DNA from: an uncultured Nitrospiraceae bacterium
GTDB taxonomy: Bacteria; Nitrospirota; Thermodesulfovibrionia; Thermodesulfovibrionales; Dissulfurispiraceae
Length of the DNA: 64,000 nt
Direction: 5' to 3'
NCBI GenBank assembly: GCA_963705105.1
Contig: CAVPIW010000007.1
Location: 160,001-224,000, forward strand
In this document: piece after piece, positions 1 to 10,693 of the stretch
Numbering within the stretch: the first letter of the stretch is position 1
How the letters are laid out: every line of letters starts with the position of its first letter
Position numbers and translations under genes: made by a program
Notes under the pieces: model-generated
Told to the model about the DNA's origin: nothing
Database searches by the model: none
The model's input: only the letters and a program-made list of their open reading frames with translations

Positions 1-192
1 CAAAGGGTGGTCTGGTGACCGATAAGGTATCTTAGCGGAAAGGCTTTTCACCACATCAGCCTTCCCGTCGGTGCCTTTGTTGTCCCGTTTTTGTCTTTGC
101 CTGCTGTCTATTGTCTACTGTATTCTGTCTACTATTTATTGTGAAGCGGCGCATACGCCCCGCCTTTCCGCAGGGCTTACGCAACGATACGA
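1..192 (-). repeat. Fold-back repeat element, core type 1 (cut by window edge)
   Basis: Reverse complement reads ATCGTTGCG..GGAAAGGCGGGGCGTATGCGCC..GGGAAGGCTGATGTGGTGAAAAGCCTTTCCGCTAAGATACCTTATCG, matching the copies at 43434 and 62536. Confidence 0.9.
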
Positions 193-566
193 TTATATAA
201 GCTGTATATCTTCCACGCGACCATCCCGCCTGTCAGGTTATAGACGCCGGCGTATCCTTTCTTTTTCAGTCCGTACGCTATGAAGGGCGAGCGATGGCCG
301 GTCATGCAGATGACAACGATAGTTTTTTCATTTCGGGCCTGCAGGGCCTCCGCAAGCCCCTCACCAAGAGGGATATTCAGTGCCCCGGGTAAGTGAAACC
401 AATTGTATTCAGAGGGTGTGCGCACGTCGAGCAAGAGGACATCCTGACGGTTTCCGCCCGAAATTTCCCCGACACGCCAGGGCAGGAGCGGCTTCACACC
501 GAGGAGCGCCCAGAGCAGGTCCCATGTTATCAGGATGACAAGGAGGGAAAGCAGGACCTTTTTCAT
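177..566 (-). CDS. Rhodanese-like domain protein with N-terminal membrane anchor
   Basis: LLDVRTPSEY..HLPGALNIPL, CMTGHRS loop, NLTGGMVAW; start placed at MKKVLL. Confidence 0.85.
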   Translation of the reverse strand: MKKVLLSLLVILITWDLLWALLGVKPLLPWRVGEISGGNRQDVLLLDVRTPSEYNWFHLPGALNIPLGEGLAEALQARNEKTIVVICMTGHRSPFIAYGLKKKGYAGVYNLTGGMVAWKIYSLYNRIVA

Positions 567-956
567 ATTTAATAATATCACTATTGGCCGAAACAACACT
601 TTCCTATCACCTGACACTGACTTTTTGTCAGCACCTGACGTTAATGTCAATGTTCAGTGTTAATTCCTATCGGTGATTTCAAGAAAGCGATTGATATTAA
701 ATGGGACATCGACGTTAAGCAAAGTTAATCCCCTAAGGGGCATCCCCCTTTCCCTGCGTCATTTCACGCACAGCCTGCGTGAATTCAAGCACTCTTTCCG
801 CCTGTCCGGCTTCTCCCCGGCGTCACGACGCCTCACGGCGGAGGGCGATTAAACATATATTTATCAACGTATTAACATCTACTTTTCGGTGTTCGCGCTG
901 TGGCGCCCGACGGCATGAAAATCGGTTTGGGGCACCTCTAAAAATGACGCATTTGT

Positions 957-972
957 TGGCACTGTTCTTGAT
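957..972 (+). promoter_or_regulatory. Possible sigma54 -24/-12 promoter
   Basis: TGGCAC-N5-TTGA upstream of 1062; the -12 element deviates from TTGC. Confidence 0.3.
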
Positions 973-1061
973 CATAAGTAATAAGGATAAATACGGGTCG
1001 ACCATAAGAACCTCCTTAACGGCTGTTTCTCCCCATAGCGGGAGGAGGGATTTCCCAGACC

Positions 1062-3542
1062 ATGCTGCTCGACTATCTCGGTCAGGAACACGCTGAAAAC
1101 CTCAGGACGGAAGTGAGCGAGCTTGTATTCCCTGCCGGCTCTGTCATCGTAAGCCGTGATGCGCCTGATCAATCGGTCTATGTCATACAGTCAGGCCAGG
1201 CGGAAGTCCGGTATTTCGGTGATGAAGGGGAGATCATTCCCTCCGTCAGGCTCGGCCCGAATGCGTTTTACGGCCGCACATGCCTCCTTCGGGAGCATTT
1301 CGAATCGTCCGAACTCGTAGCCGTCACGAATGTCGCCGTCAACGTCTACCCTGAAAATGTCTGCAAAACGGCTATGCAGGAGTCCGAGAGCTTCCGGTCC
1401 CAGCTCTTCTCCCAGCTTTCACGGTATGTCCGGCACCTGAGATCACAGACGCGCTATCTCCTGCGCCGCTCCCAGGCGCTCAATCGGTTTCTCTCATCAG
1501 ACCGGAAGGCGGGCCCCCTTGTAGCATTTTCCCGGCGGATGCGCGCCGTAGAACAGAAGATCCCCCTTCTTGCCCGTAATGCCCGGCCTCTCCTGATCAG
1601 CGGCGAACCGGGCACGGGCAAGTTCTTCCTCGCAAAGAAGGTCTGTGAAGCAGCCGGCGATCATCAGGTTCCCTTCATGTCGATCGACTGCGCAAATACC
1701 GGCAGCGACATCCATTCCACGCTCTTCGGGTCCGTCTCCTTCGAGTCCGATCTCCCTGACGGCGCCGACGGCGCCATTCATCTCACTCTCGGCGGCTACC
1801 TGGTCCTCCGTCATATCGACGCCCTCGATATGCAGACCCAGGAACACCTCTTCGCCTTTCTCAATTACCAGGAGAGCACACCCCTCCCTCAGGAGAGGAA
1901 AGTGCGGATCATCGCCACCACACAGAAGGACCTCGGTGCCCTATCCGAGGCGGGGAACTATTATCAACCCCTCGCCGCACTGATGATGCGCAACGAACTG
2001 CGGATGCCCGCGCTTATCGAGCGGAGGTCCGACATTCTTCCCCTTGCCCGCCACTTCCTGTCGGAGAGGAGGGGCGAAAGTCTCCGCGACCGCCTGACTC
2101 CCGAGGCAGAAGCCGTCCTCTTTTCTCACCGCTACCGTCATAAAAACGTCTCCGAACTGCGCGATATGATCTCCATGGCCGACTTCCTTTCCGACGGGAC
2201 GTCCATCCGTCCCAAGCACCTTTCGACAGGCCCGTCATACCAGAACGGCCTCACGGAATATGATATGACGCGGTTCGGGTGGGTCCGGTGGCTCCTGAAA
2301 CCCCAAACCCTCGCTGCGATGCGGTCTGGCGTGCTCGCCACATTCCTGTTGATCCTGGGCTTTTCGTTCCTGACCCCCGCGTCCTCCGCGGGCCGCACTG
2401 CCAACAGCCTGATCTGGAGCTTCTGGGAGCCCGTCCTCGTCTTCTCTTTTCTCTTCTTTGGAAGGCTCTGGTGCACGATCTGTCCGCTCGCGACAGTTGC
2501 AGGGTTTTTCCAGCGTCACCTATCATTGGGACGGCCGGTACCGGCCTGGATGAAGAAATACGGCATCTTCTTCGGATCCCTCGGCCTCGTCGCGATCATC
2601 GCGAGTGAGCACGTCTTTCACATGACCAAAGCACCCTTCAACTCGGGCATCCTGCTGCTCGTCCTCTTTGCCGGAGCTATCCTCTTTGCAGTTATCTATC
2701 ACAGGCAGGTCTGGTGCCGGTTTCTCTGCCCCCTCGGCCTCTGGGGCGGTGCCTTTGCGCCCATGTCGATCCTCCAGCTCCGGGCCAATCCGTCTGTCTG
2801 TTCAACACGATGCACGACGCAGGAATGCTCAAAGGGGGACGGAAAGAGACCGGGCTGCCCGACGCTTCATCATCCGCTCTATTCGAGCGATTGCCACAAC
2901 TGCAAGATGTGCTTCGATTGCCTGTCCCTCTGCCCTCACGGCTCGCCGAAGGTTTATGCAAGGCCGCCGTTGGAAGCGCTCTGGGGACTGAGCGGATTAA
3001 AGGGCATCCTCGTGCCCTTCGTGCTCTCGCTCTTCTTCTTCTCTCTCATCATGCTCGCCTCCTGGCACCTGGGTTGGCTCACCACCCCGGCAGGCGTCGG
3101 CGCCTCCGTCATAGCCACGATGATCGCATCCTTCGGCTTCAGCAGGCTGCTGCCGGACATGCTCGCGTCGGAAGTCGAGCGCGATCCGTCCATCATTCTC
3201 CGTATCGCTTCAGCATACCTTGTGCTGGCATGGGGACCGCTCCTTGCCTACCAGATCGAGAATGTCCCCATACTGCCGGGACTCGTGATCCATGCATCCC
3301 AGGGTGTATCGTGGAGCAGTCATTTTCCGTCGGCCGGGGTGAGTTTCATCGCAGTCATCCAGGCTCTGGTGATACTGTTGTCCGCATCCCTCTCGGCGCT
3401 CTGTTTCCTGAAGATCCATGCACACGTTGAACAGGCAGGGGCGTTTCTGACAAGGTCCTCGTGGAGGCTCCTCGGCATTCTTTTCTTCGGTTATCTCATT
3501 GCGGCACTGGCCATCGTGATGCTGCGCGATTTCAGCGCCTGA
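1062..3542 (+). CDS. cNMP-binding / sigma54-activator-like AAA+ / 4Fe-4S polyferredoxin membrane fusion protein
   Basis: N-terminal cNMP-like domain; GEPGTGK Walker A; CTICP and CRFLCP motifs; CHNCKMCFDCLSLCP; many TM helices. Confidence 0.85.
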   Translation: MLLDYLGQEHAENLRTEVSELVFPAGSVIVSRDAPDQSVYVIQSGQAEVRYFGDEGEIIPSVRLGPNAFYGRTCLLREHFESSELVAVTNVAVNVYPENVCKTAMQESESFRSQLFSQLSRYVRHLRSQTRYLLRRSQALNRFLSSDRKAGPLVAFSRRMRAVEQKIPLLARNARPLLISGEPGTGKFFLAKKVCEAAGDHQVPFMSIDCANTGSDIHSTLFGSVSFESDLPDGADGAIHLTLGGYLVLRHIDALDMQTQEHLFAFLNYQESTPLPQERKVRIIATTQKDLGALSEAGNYYQPLAALMMRNELRMPALIERRSDILPLARHFLSERRGESLRDRLTPEAEAVLFSHRYRHKNVSELRDMISMADFLSDGTSIRPKHLSTGPSYQNGLTEYDMTRFGWVRWLLKPQTLAAMRSGVLATFLLILGFSFLTPASSAGRTANSLIWSFWEPVLVFSFLFFGRLWCTICPLATVAGFFQRHLSLGRPVPAWMKKYGIFFGSLGLVAIIASEHVFHMTKAPFNSGILLLVLFAGAILFAVIYHRQVWCRFLCPLGLWGGAFAPMSILQLRANPSVCSTRCTTQECSKGDGKRPGCPTLHHPLYSSDCHNCKMCFDCLSLCPHGSPKVYARPPLEALWGLSGLKGILVPFVLSLFFFSLIMLASWHLGWLTTPAGVGASVIATMIASFGFSRLLPDMLASEVERDPSIILRIASAYLVLAWGPLLAYQIENVPILPGLVIHASQGVSWSSHFPSAGVSFIAVIQALVILLSASLSALCFLKIHAHVEQAGAFLTRSSWRLLGILFFGYLIAALAIVMLRDFSA

Positions 3543-3545
3543 GTC

Positions 3546-4028
3546 TCAGTACCCCGAATGTCTCTCCCAGTGCTTTTCCTTCTCCCACTTCCGCCAGTTC
3601 TTTTTCAGGTGCCCGTAAGGGATATGCCTGTGCGGGGGAGCATGACGATAATCATAGTGAACGGAGTTTACCACGGTGACCGGCACCCTGGCCGGCGCCA
3701 CGTACCGCCACGGGCCGTTGTAGTAACTCGCCCTGTACCAGTAGTTCCGGTGCGGACGGTACCAGTAGCCTCCATGGAAAAAAACCGAGATGTCGGCGGT
3801 GGGCACTGCGTAGACATATGTCCCCGGGATGACGACAACGGGCGGAGGAGTATTTATAACGTAGGGAGGAGGGGCGGGAACAGCATAGGCCTGGGCAACG
3901 ACGGGCCCGTTGATGCCTATGCTCAGGTTGAAGGAGGAATGGCCTCCGTAGGCATTATGAGGCGTGGTTAAGGCGAAACCCGATAGTATGAAAAGGCAGC
4001 ATGTGGTTACCAGAAGTGTCTTTCTCAT
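3546..4028 (-). CDS. Secreted Pro/Tyr/Trp-rich hypothetical protein
   Basis: GGAGG RBS, signal peptide, PPP tracts, aromatic-rich FHGGYWYR..YNGPW. Confidence 0.75.
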   Translation of the reverse strand: MRKTLLVTTCCLFILSGFALTTPHNAYGGHSSFNLSIGINGPVVAQAYAVPAPPPYVINTPPPVVVIPGTYVYAVPTADISVFFHGGYWYRPHRNYWYRASYYNGPWRYVAPARVPVTVVNSVHYDYRHAPPHRHIPYGHLKKNWRKWEKEKHWERHSGY

Positions 4029-4437
4029 GGTGACAACCTCCCTCTGATGACATTTCCCTTGGGGGAGCAAAAGATATACCATAGATCCCAATACCTGAAT
4101 TTCATGAATATTTCAGATAATTACGCTCGCAGCGGGAGGCCGGACTATCTATGCGATGCCTCAATTTACGTTCTCATTTCAGGATGTTTTCCCTTTTTCA
4201 GTCATTCAGGATCGTCACCCGGGGCGCCGCCGCTTCCGAACCTTTTCCCGAAGCCTCCTCTTTTTTCTGTGCCCTAATGTGGTCACCCCCGCATGAATTT
4301 CCATACATTAGGGGTTGCCTCTCATTCATGTATATGTCCATTGCCCTACCCATATGATTTATTGGTATAATTGACCGTGATAACCGTTGTGTTCAGCGCC
4401 GCAGGATCATATTCCGCGGAGAGAGGGAGCATGAAAC

Positions 4438-6927
4438 GTGGCTGAAGATTCGGCGCCTGCCGACCTTCGTTCGCCGGAAATCGGCTCAGACCGGGATGCA
4501 CTGAGGCCTGATGACCGCGAAGAAGCGATTTACGCCGAAAAAGTCAGACTGCTCTATTCCCATGCCTTTCCGAGCACCGTGGCGACACTGATCAATGCCC
4601 TGCTTCTCTGCTTCGTTCAGTGGAACGTCGTCTCCCATGCGGTCATTACGGGATGGCTCGGTTACATGATTTGTGCAATGATCTTCCGGTCTGCGATGAC
4701 ATTACGTTACCGCAGGGACACGGGACGGACATGGAAGAATGCCCGGGGTTGGGGAAGGCTGTATATTGCGGGAACAGCAGCCCTGGGATTGGGATGGGGG
4801 GCTGCCGGCATCCTTTTCACCCCGGCAACCTCTGTGCCTCATCAGTTTTTTACCACCTTCCTCCTTTCCGGTCTTGCCGCCGGCGCCCTGGCGGTGCTGT
4901 CTTCCGTTTATATCGCCTATGTATCGTACCTCATCCCGACGGTTGCCCCCGTCACCCTTGTGTTCCTGCAATATGGAGATGCGCTCCACACTGTTGCCGG
5001 GGGCATGATGGTTTTATTCGTGCTGTTCCTCCTGAGGGCCGGACGGACACACCACGGATTCGTCGACTCATCTCTGAGGCTCGGACTCGAAAAGGACGAT
5101 CTCGTCCGCAGGGTGGCCAGTGAAAAGGAACAGGTCGAAGCTCTCAATGAGCACCTCCGGCATGAAGTGGCCGAGCGTATCCAGGCCCAACGGGCGCTGC
5201 AGTTCAGGGTGGACTTCGAATCCCTGCTCACGACCATCTCGACGGGGTTCATCAACCTTCCCCCTCAGCGCATTGATGAGGGCATACGGGATGCCCTCGG
5301 GCAGATCGGCTTGTTCGCAGGCGTCGACCGCAGCTATGTCATTTTGATCGACCGCGAGATGAGATTCGCGAACAAGACCCACGAATGGTGCGCCGAGGGC
5401 ATCGATTCGGCCTACGAACAGTTCCGGGGGCTTGAAACCGGGGCATTCCCCTGGTGGATGGAGAAGTTGCGACGCTTCGAGACCATTCACGTGCCGAGGG
5501 TCGAAGACCTTCCCCCGGATGCGGAGGCGGAGAAACGTATCCTCAGGTCAGCCTCGGTTCAATCCGTTATCGTCGTTCCGCTCGTGTCGGGCAACTCGCT
5601 GATGGGATTCGCCGGATTCACCACGATCCGCGCAGAGAAGACGTGGGACAACGAAGCGATGACACTGCTCAGAATTTTCAGCGAGATGCTGGTCAACGCC
5701 ATTGACCGGAAACAGACCTATGAAGAACTCGACAGTGCCCGTGAGGCGGCTGAAGCAGCAGCGAGGACAAAAGCCCAGTTCCTGGCGAATATGAGCCACG
5801 AGATCAGGACCCCCATGCACGGCGTCCTCGGCACCCTGTCGCTCCTGCGTTCGACGCGCCTGGAACCCTCGCAGGAAAGCTATGTCACCCTGGCGCACAA
5901 CTCGGCGGAGATGCTCCTCGGGATCATCGACGACATCCTCGATTTCTCAAAGATAGAAGCGGGCAGGATGGTCATAGAGCATGCCGGGTTTGATCCCCGC
6001 AGCCTTGTCGAGGATTGTATCGCCATGTTTACCGATAAGGCCCGCGAGAAAGGACTCGCTCTCACCTCCTCCGTCGACACTGATGTGCCTCACGCTCTCA
6101 TGGGCGATGCCCTGCGCATTCGCCAGGTATTGATCAACCTGGTCGGAAATGCCCTGAAATTCACGGAAAAGGGCGGGGTGCTCGTCAGTGTGGAAAGAAA
6201 TGAGGGAAGAGACGGGAAGACCTGCCTGCGATTCGAAGTACGCGATACCGGGATCGGGATCCCCTCTGACATGCAAAGACATCTATTTGATCCCTTTACC
6301 CAGGCCGACAGCTCGACGACGCGCAGATTCGGGGGCACCGGCCTCGGACTCTCCATTTCGAGGCAGCTTGTGGAACTGATGGGCGGCACAATCGGATTGA
6401 CGAGCGTACCCGGCGAGGGGTCCCGGTTCTGGTTCTTTCTCTGCTTTGATCCCTGTCTGCCCGATCCGGCCGGACAAACTGCACAGAACCTGATCGGAGG
6501 CCGTAAAATGGAGGAAATGTCTTTCCAGGGATTCTTTGCCCTCGTCGTTGAGGACAACAACGTCAATCGCGAACTCACCCGTGAGATACTCGCCTTCCTC
6601 GGGCTCAATGCTGACGTGGTCGAAAACGGCAAGGCAGCCGTCATGTCACTGAAAGAACGGGATTATGACATCGTTCTGATGGATTGCCAGATGCCGGAGA
6701 TGGACGGGTATGAAGCGACCCGCGTTATCCGAGAGCATGAGAGGAACTCCGGCAGGGTTCCGTCAGTCATCGTTGCACTGACGGCCAATGCGCTCGATGG
6801 AGATCAGAGGCGCTGCCTTGAGGCGGGAATGAATGACTACCTTGCAAAGCCCTTCGGGATCGCAGACATGAGGAAGGTCCTGTCCCGGTGGCTGCGGCCT
6901 GCAGAGGGGTCAGCCCTTGAATATTGA
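4438..6927 (+). CDS. Hybrid sensor histidine kinase / response regulator (TM-GAF-HisKA-HATPase-REC)
   Basis: FLANMSHEIRTP H-box, NLVGNALKFT, GGTGLGL, LMDCQMPEMDG. Confidence 0.95.
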   Translation: MAEDSAPADLRSPEIGSDRDALRPDDREEAIYAEKVRLLYSHAFPSTVATLINALLLCFVQWNVVSHAVITGWLGYMICAMIFRSAMTLRYRRDTGRTWKNARGWGRLYIAGTAALGLGWGAAGILFTPATSVPHQFFTTFLLSGLAAGALAVLSSVYIAYVSYLIPTVAPVTLVFLQYGDALHTVAGGMMVLFVLFLLRAGRTHHGFVDSSLRLGLEKDDLVRRVASEKEQVEALNEHLRHEVAERIQAQRALQFRVDFESLLTTISTGFINLPPQRIDEGIRDALGQIGLFAGVDRSYVILIDREMRFANKTHEWCAEGIDSAYEQFRGLETGAFPWWMEKLRRFETIHVPRVEDLPPDAEAEKRILRSASVQSVIVVPLVSGNSLMGFAGFTTIRAEKTWDNEAMTLLRIFSEMLVNAIDRKQTYEELDSAREAAEAAARTKAQFLANMSHEIRTPMHGVLGTLSLLRSTRLEPSQESYVTLAHNSAEMLLGIIDDILDFSKIEAGRMVIEHAGFDPRSLVEDCIAMFTDKAREKGLALTSSVDTDVPHALMGDALRIRQVLINLVGNALKFTEKGGVLVSVERNEGRDGKTCLRFEVRDTGIGIPSDMQRHLFDPFTQADSSTTRRFGGTGLGLSISRQLVELMGGTIGLTSVPGEGSRFWFFLCFDPCLPDPAGQTAQNLIGGRKMEEMSFQGFFALVVEDNNVNRELTREILAFLGLNADVVENGKAAVMSLKERDYDIVLMDCQMPEMDGYEATRVIREHERNSGRVPSVIVALTANALDGDQRRCLEAGMNDYLAKPFGIADMRKVLSRWLRPAEGSALEY

Positions 6928-7006
6928 CAGAAGAGGAACGCGGGGGCAGGAAGCAATGTCAGGGTTCAAGGGCTGGCCCCATGTGTTTTCGCGGTGCGAA
7001 TGTGCT

Positions 7007-7402
7007 TCAGTTCTTCGGCGGCGGCATACCGGGGTCCCTGACCTGGGCGCGGATGGTCAGTGTGACCTTCGGTCTCTCCGGGTCATTGCTCGTGACTTCT
7101 ACGGTCTTCTGGACCATGCCCTTCATCCCCTTCGTGTTTACCCTGGCGGTGAATCTTCCCCGTTCCCCCGGCTTGAGACGGCTCGAACTGGCCATCACGG
7201 CGGTGCAGCCTCAGGACGGCTTTAACGGTCCGATCTCGAGGTCTTCTGTTCCCCCGTTCTCGAATTCGAAGATGTGTTCGACATTGCCCTGCGCAACAAC
7301 ACCGAAATCGTGCGTTTCAGCGTCAAACCGGATGGAAGGCTGCGCAAACGCGAGCGATGGGAACAGGATCATAATCAGAATGATGACGTTCTTCACTGCC
7401 AT
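7007..7402 (-). CDS. DUF1573-domain secreted protein with in-frame TGA (probable selenocysteine) at 7211-7213
   Basis: ORFs 7211..7402 and 7007..7198 are one frame: HDFG..FEFENGG..LKPS-TGA-GCT..LKPGE..VTSNDP; the family motif is SCGCT. Confidence 0.85.
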
Positions 7403-7426
7403 AATCTGCCTCCTCCAGCGGGAATA

Positions 7427-7479
7427 ATTTTACAGTTGCCTGAAAAGGCGGGGCAAAGCGCCTCAAAGCCCTGGTGAAG
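7427..7479 (-). repeat. Isolated right end of fold-back repeat element
   Basis: Reverse complement CTTCACCAGGGCTTTGAGGCGCTTTGCCCCGCCTTTTCAGGCAACTGT. Confidence 0.8.
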
Positions 7480-7481
7480 TC

Positions 7482-8669
7482 TCACTCAAAATCTGCATAA
7501 ATCTCGCCGAGATTGATGCCGGCCAACACGTTTTTTGCATAGCGGTTCCGTATCGAAAGCTTCGCTTCCATTAGCTCAAGACTCTGGTTGCCGTGCCGGA
7601 TCGCCGCTGACGCCTCGATGAAGGCAGCCAGGTCGTCGGCGGCCTTGACAAGCTGACCGTCGCGGGGATCGAAAACATCCTGATTGTATTTCGCGCTGAT
7701 CTCGTCGCTGGTCGTCGTGATCCGATCTTTGCCGACGGCGACGACGCTTTCGAATTCGTCCTCCGTGAAGAGCCTGATCTCCCGGTGCCATTCTTCCGGG
7801 ACGAGTCTGTAGACCTCCTTTTCCATCTCCTCCCGCTCATATGCCTTGATGAGATCTTTCAGGCCCTCAACGGACCTCTTCACGGGCGAGATGATGTCCC
7901 TCGTCAGCACCTCCGGCAGGTCATGGAAAAGACCCGTGAAATAGTTGTTCCTCAATCGCCTGCCGCACGCCCCGATCTCCCTCGAAAAGAAATACATGAG
8001 GAGAGCCACGAACAGGGAGTGACCGAGGACCGACGTCCTGGGCCTCCGGTGAAAGGTGGCCCACCGAATCTGGAATCTCAACTGTCCGCAGAGATCGATG
8101 AACTCACCGGCAGGGCGCTGACCGGCAAGGTGCGCAATGCCCTTCAGGTCCCCGTACTCGCCGAGTTTGTCACTGAGACGCCGCCTGATCGACTGTATCT
8201 CATAGCCTTCCGGGTTGGCCCGCTCGACGATGTCAAACTCCCACCGCGTGGCGGAGAAATGGGCCGCGCCGAGGATTCTCCTGTTGATCGTCCCCGTTTC
8301 GCGGGAAAAGTAGTCATGGAATTTTTCGCAGAATTCCCTGCCAAGGGGTGAAATAAACGGTTCAAGCTCGCGGTAGACCCACTCGTTCAGGCGGCGGTAC
8401 TGGTCGGGATGCTCCTTGATCTTGTAAAAGATGGGTGGTTTCAGGTCAGTGAGCACAATGCGCTGGAGCAATTCGAAGAGTCCACCCTCGATGATCTCGA
8501 TCCAGTCGAATCCCGCCGTCTCCTCTTCGTGTTTCCCGAGGAAATAGGCGATGACCATCTTGTGGGCCTGCTTATCGAGCTCGGCCAGCTCCATGGGCCG
8601 GACCTTGTCGTTCCAGCGCTGTATGTAGGCTGCATCAAAGATTCTCAGAAGAAGAGACTTTCGTATCAT
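7482..8669 (-). CDS. HD-domain phosphohydrolase (tandem YfbR-like domains)
   Basis: IQRWND..QAH in the first domain; SVLGHS..LFHDLPE..KAADDL in the second. Confidence 0.85.
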   Translation of the reverse strand: MIRKSLLLRIFDAAYIQRWNDKVRPMELAELDKQAHKMVIAYFLGKHEEETAGFDWIEIIEGGLFELLQRIVLTDLKPPIFYKIKEHPDQYRRLNEWVYRELEPFISPLGREFCEKFHDYFSRETGTINRRILGAAHFSATRWEFDIVERANPEGYEIQSIRRRLSDKLGEYGDLKGIAHLAGQRPAGEFIDLCGQLRFQIRWATFHRRPRTSVLGHSLFVALLMYFFSREIGACGRRLRNNYFTGLFHDLPEVLTRDIISPVKRSVEGLKDLIKAYEREEMEKEVYRLVPEEWHREIRLFTEDEFESVVAVGKDRITTTSDEISAKYNQDVFDPRDGQLVKAADDLAAFIEASAAIRHGNQSLELMEAKLSIRNRYAKNVLAGINLGEIYADFE

Positions 8670-8713
8670 TGAGACCCGACAATCCTTTGCCTGGTATCTA
8701 CTGCCAAATGTTT

Positions 8714-8925
8714 ACACTGTAGTCACACAAAGGCGGGGAGAAGCGCCCCAAATCCTTGCTGAAGGCGACGATGAGCATTGGCAGATTCGTGTTTTAGGAT
8801 TCCGCTCTCTGTGTCATCGGCCATTAGCCTATAATTCTTCTTGCCTTTGGATACAGGTGTCGCCGCAGCAAGGTTTTCGGCGCATAGACCCCGCCTTTTC
8901 CGGAACGCGTATGCGACGATAAGGT
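8714..8925 (-). repeat. Fold-back repeat element, core type 2
   Basis: Colinear with 49437-49649; same terminal inverted repeats. Confidence 0.85.
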
Positions 8926-8953
8926 TTACTGTCTAATGAATTGTCCGGGATGG

Positions 8954-10489
8954 TCAGAGCGGGATGACCGACACCTTGTTCTTGCCCGTCTTCTTTGACT
9001 GGTACAGCGCCCTGTCCGCCGCGTCAAGGAGGTGCTCCTTCGTTGCCGCCTGATTGGCGGGATCAAGCGTCGAGACGCCGATGCTTATGGTGATCCTGAT
9101 GCTGTCATTCTCAAGGGTGATTGCCGTCGCTTCGATCTTCTTCCTCAGGCGTTCGGCGAAGACGGCCCCCGATTTCAGGTCCGTCTCCGGCAGGAGGACG
9201 AGGAACTCCTCCCCGCCGAACCGGGCGGCGGTATCGCAGGACCGGATCGAATCCCTGATGCACCGTGCAATGGACCGGAGAACCACATCCCCCTGGACAT
9301 GGCCGAAGGTGTCGTTCACTTTCTTGAAATCATCGACATCGACGAGGGCGATCGACAGGGGGTGGCGGTAACGGCGCGATTTTTCGAACTCCTTCATGAG
9401 GATTTCTGCAAGGAACCTGCGGTTATATAGCCCGGTGAGACTGTCGACGAAGGCCAGGTCCCTCAATTGCCTGTTCATGTCCTTCAGCTCCTGGGCCAGG
9501 TCCTCGGCCCTTTTCTTTTCCTCCATGAGCTCGAGCACGATCTGCTCATAGGAGAGGTTCATCTTGCTCAGCTCCTCGTTCGCCTCCTGGAGAAGCTGTG
9601 AGTATGTCTTTATCTGCTCGGAGCTGAGTTCATAGGCGGACAGCAGTTCCGACGTCTTGATCGCAGCTTCGTCGACGAATGAATCCACATCGATCGTGCC
9701 GGTGCCGATTCTCTTCCCCGCGAGATCACGGAGTTCCCGCATCTTGCCGGAACCTTTCTTTCCGTGATAAATGGCGGAGACGTAGTCGGCGATTTCGAGG
9801 ATCCCGACAATATCGGCGATGGTCCTGGGAGCCCCACCATCAACGTGGTGGTGTGCGATGGGCAGGCATATGCTATCAGGGATCCCCCATCTCCGGAGCA
9901 CCTCATACCCGATTTCCTGATGATCGAACCCGAAAACGGAACGCTCGAGGGCGCATTCATCCGAATCGGAGAGATTGCTTTCATAGTGAACGGTCAGGTA
10001 ATCGTCGGGCCGGCTCATGAACATGACGACCTTACCGATGTCCGCCAGGAGGGCGCATATGTAGACATCGTCCGACCACCTGCGGAGGAGCCTCCCGAGG
10101 ATATTGGCGGCAACTGCCCGGGTAAGGGCGTTCTTCCAGAAGAGATCATAATCGAACCCATCCTTGCTGCTGCCCCGGAAACTGCTCGCTATGACGAAGG
10201 ACAGGGCGATATTCCTGATGGCGTTGACACCGAGGATATTGATGGCCCTGCTGATGCTGTCGACGGTCTGCGTCGATCCGAAGACGGGGGAGTTGGCGAT
10301 GCTCAGGATCTTGATCGTGAGTGCCGGATCGGAAGCGATGATCTCTTCGAGCTCCGAAAAAGAGAGGTTCTCCTCTTTCGTCTTCTTCATGATCCTGATG
10401 GCGATGACAGGCGGTGTGGGTAACTTTGCATTCCCTTTGAGCAGCTGATCGAGTGAACTCTTCTTCGGATCTTTCGTTTCTGACAACAT
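8954..10489 (-). CDS. HDOD + GGDEF diguanylate cyclase
   Basis: LPTPP..DPALT..ANSP HDOD; DSLTGLYNRR, RFGGEEF, RSCD I-site; start at MLSETK after AAGGGG. Confidence 0.93.
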   Translation of the reverse strand: MLSETKDPKKSSLDQLLKGNAKLPTPPVIAIRIMKKTKEENLSFSELEEIIASDPALTIKILSIANSPVFGSTQTVDSISRAINILGVNAIRNIALSFVIASSFRGSSKDGFDYDLFWKNALTRAVAANILGRLLRRWSDDVYICALLADIGKVVMFMSRPDDYLTVHYESNLSDSDECALERSVFGFDHQEIGYEVLRRWGIPDSICLPIAHHHVDGGAPRTIADIVGILEIADYVSAIYHGKKGSGKMRELRDLAGKRIGTGTIDVDSFVDEAAIKTSELLSAYELSSEQIKTYSQLLQEANEELSKMNLSYEQIVLELMEEKKRAEDLAQELKDMNRQLRDLAFVDSLTGLYNRRFLAEILMKEFEKSRRYRHPLSIALVDVDDFKKVNDTFGHVQGDVVLRSIARCIRDSIRSCDTAARFGGEEFLVLLPETDLKSGAVFAERLRKKIEATAITLENDSIRITISIGVSTLDPANQAATKEHLLDAADRALYQSKKTGKNKVSVIPL

Positions 10490-10693
10490 GTGACTCCCCT
10501 TCGGCATAATGGTTACGGATTGGGAATTTTCACCTGCGGTGTACCGCACTATTCTATCTTTATCTTATCGGCAAATGGAAGCTTTTCTTGCGCCCCGGGG
10601 CATCCGTCTCTTTGCAGAAGGGGTGCCTTTTGCTGTACAATGGTCGGCGGACGATCATGCTGATTTCATAGATGTTTTTCAATTCCCGGAGCG

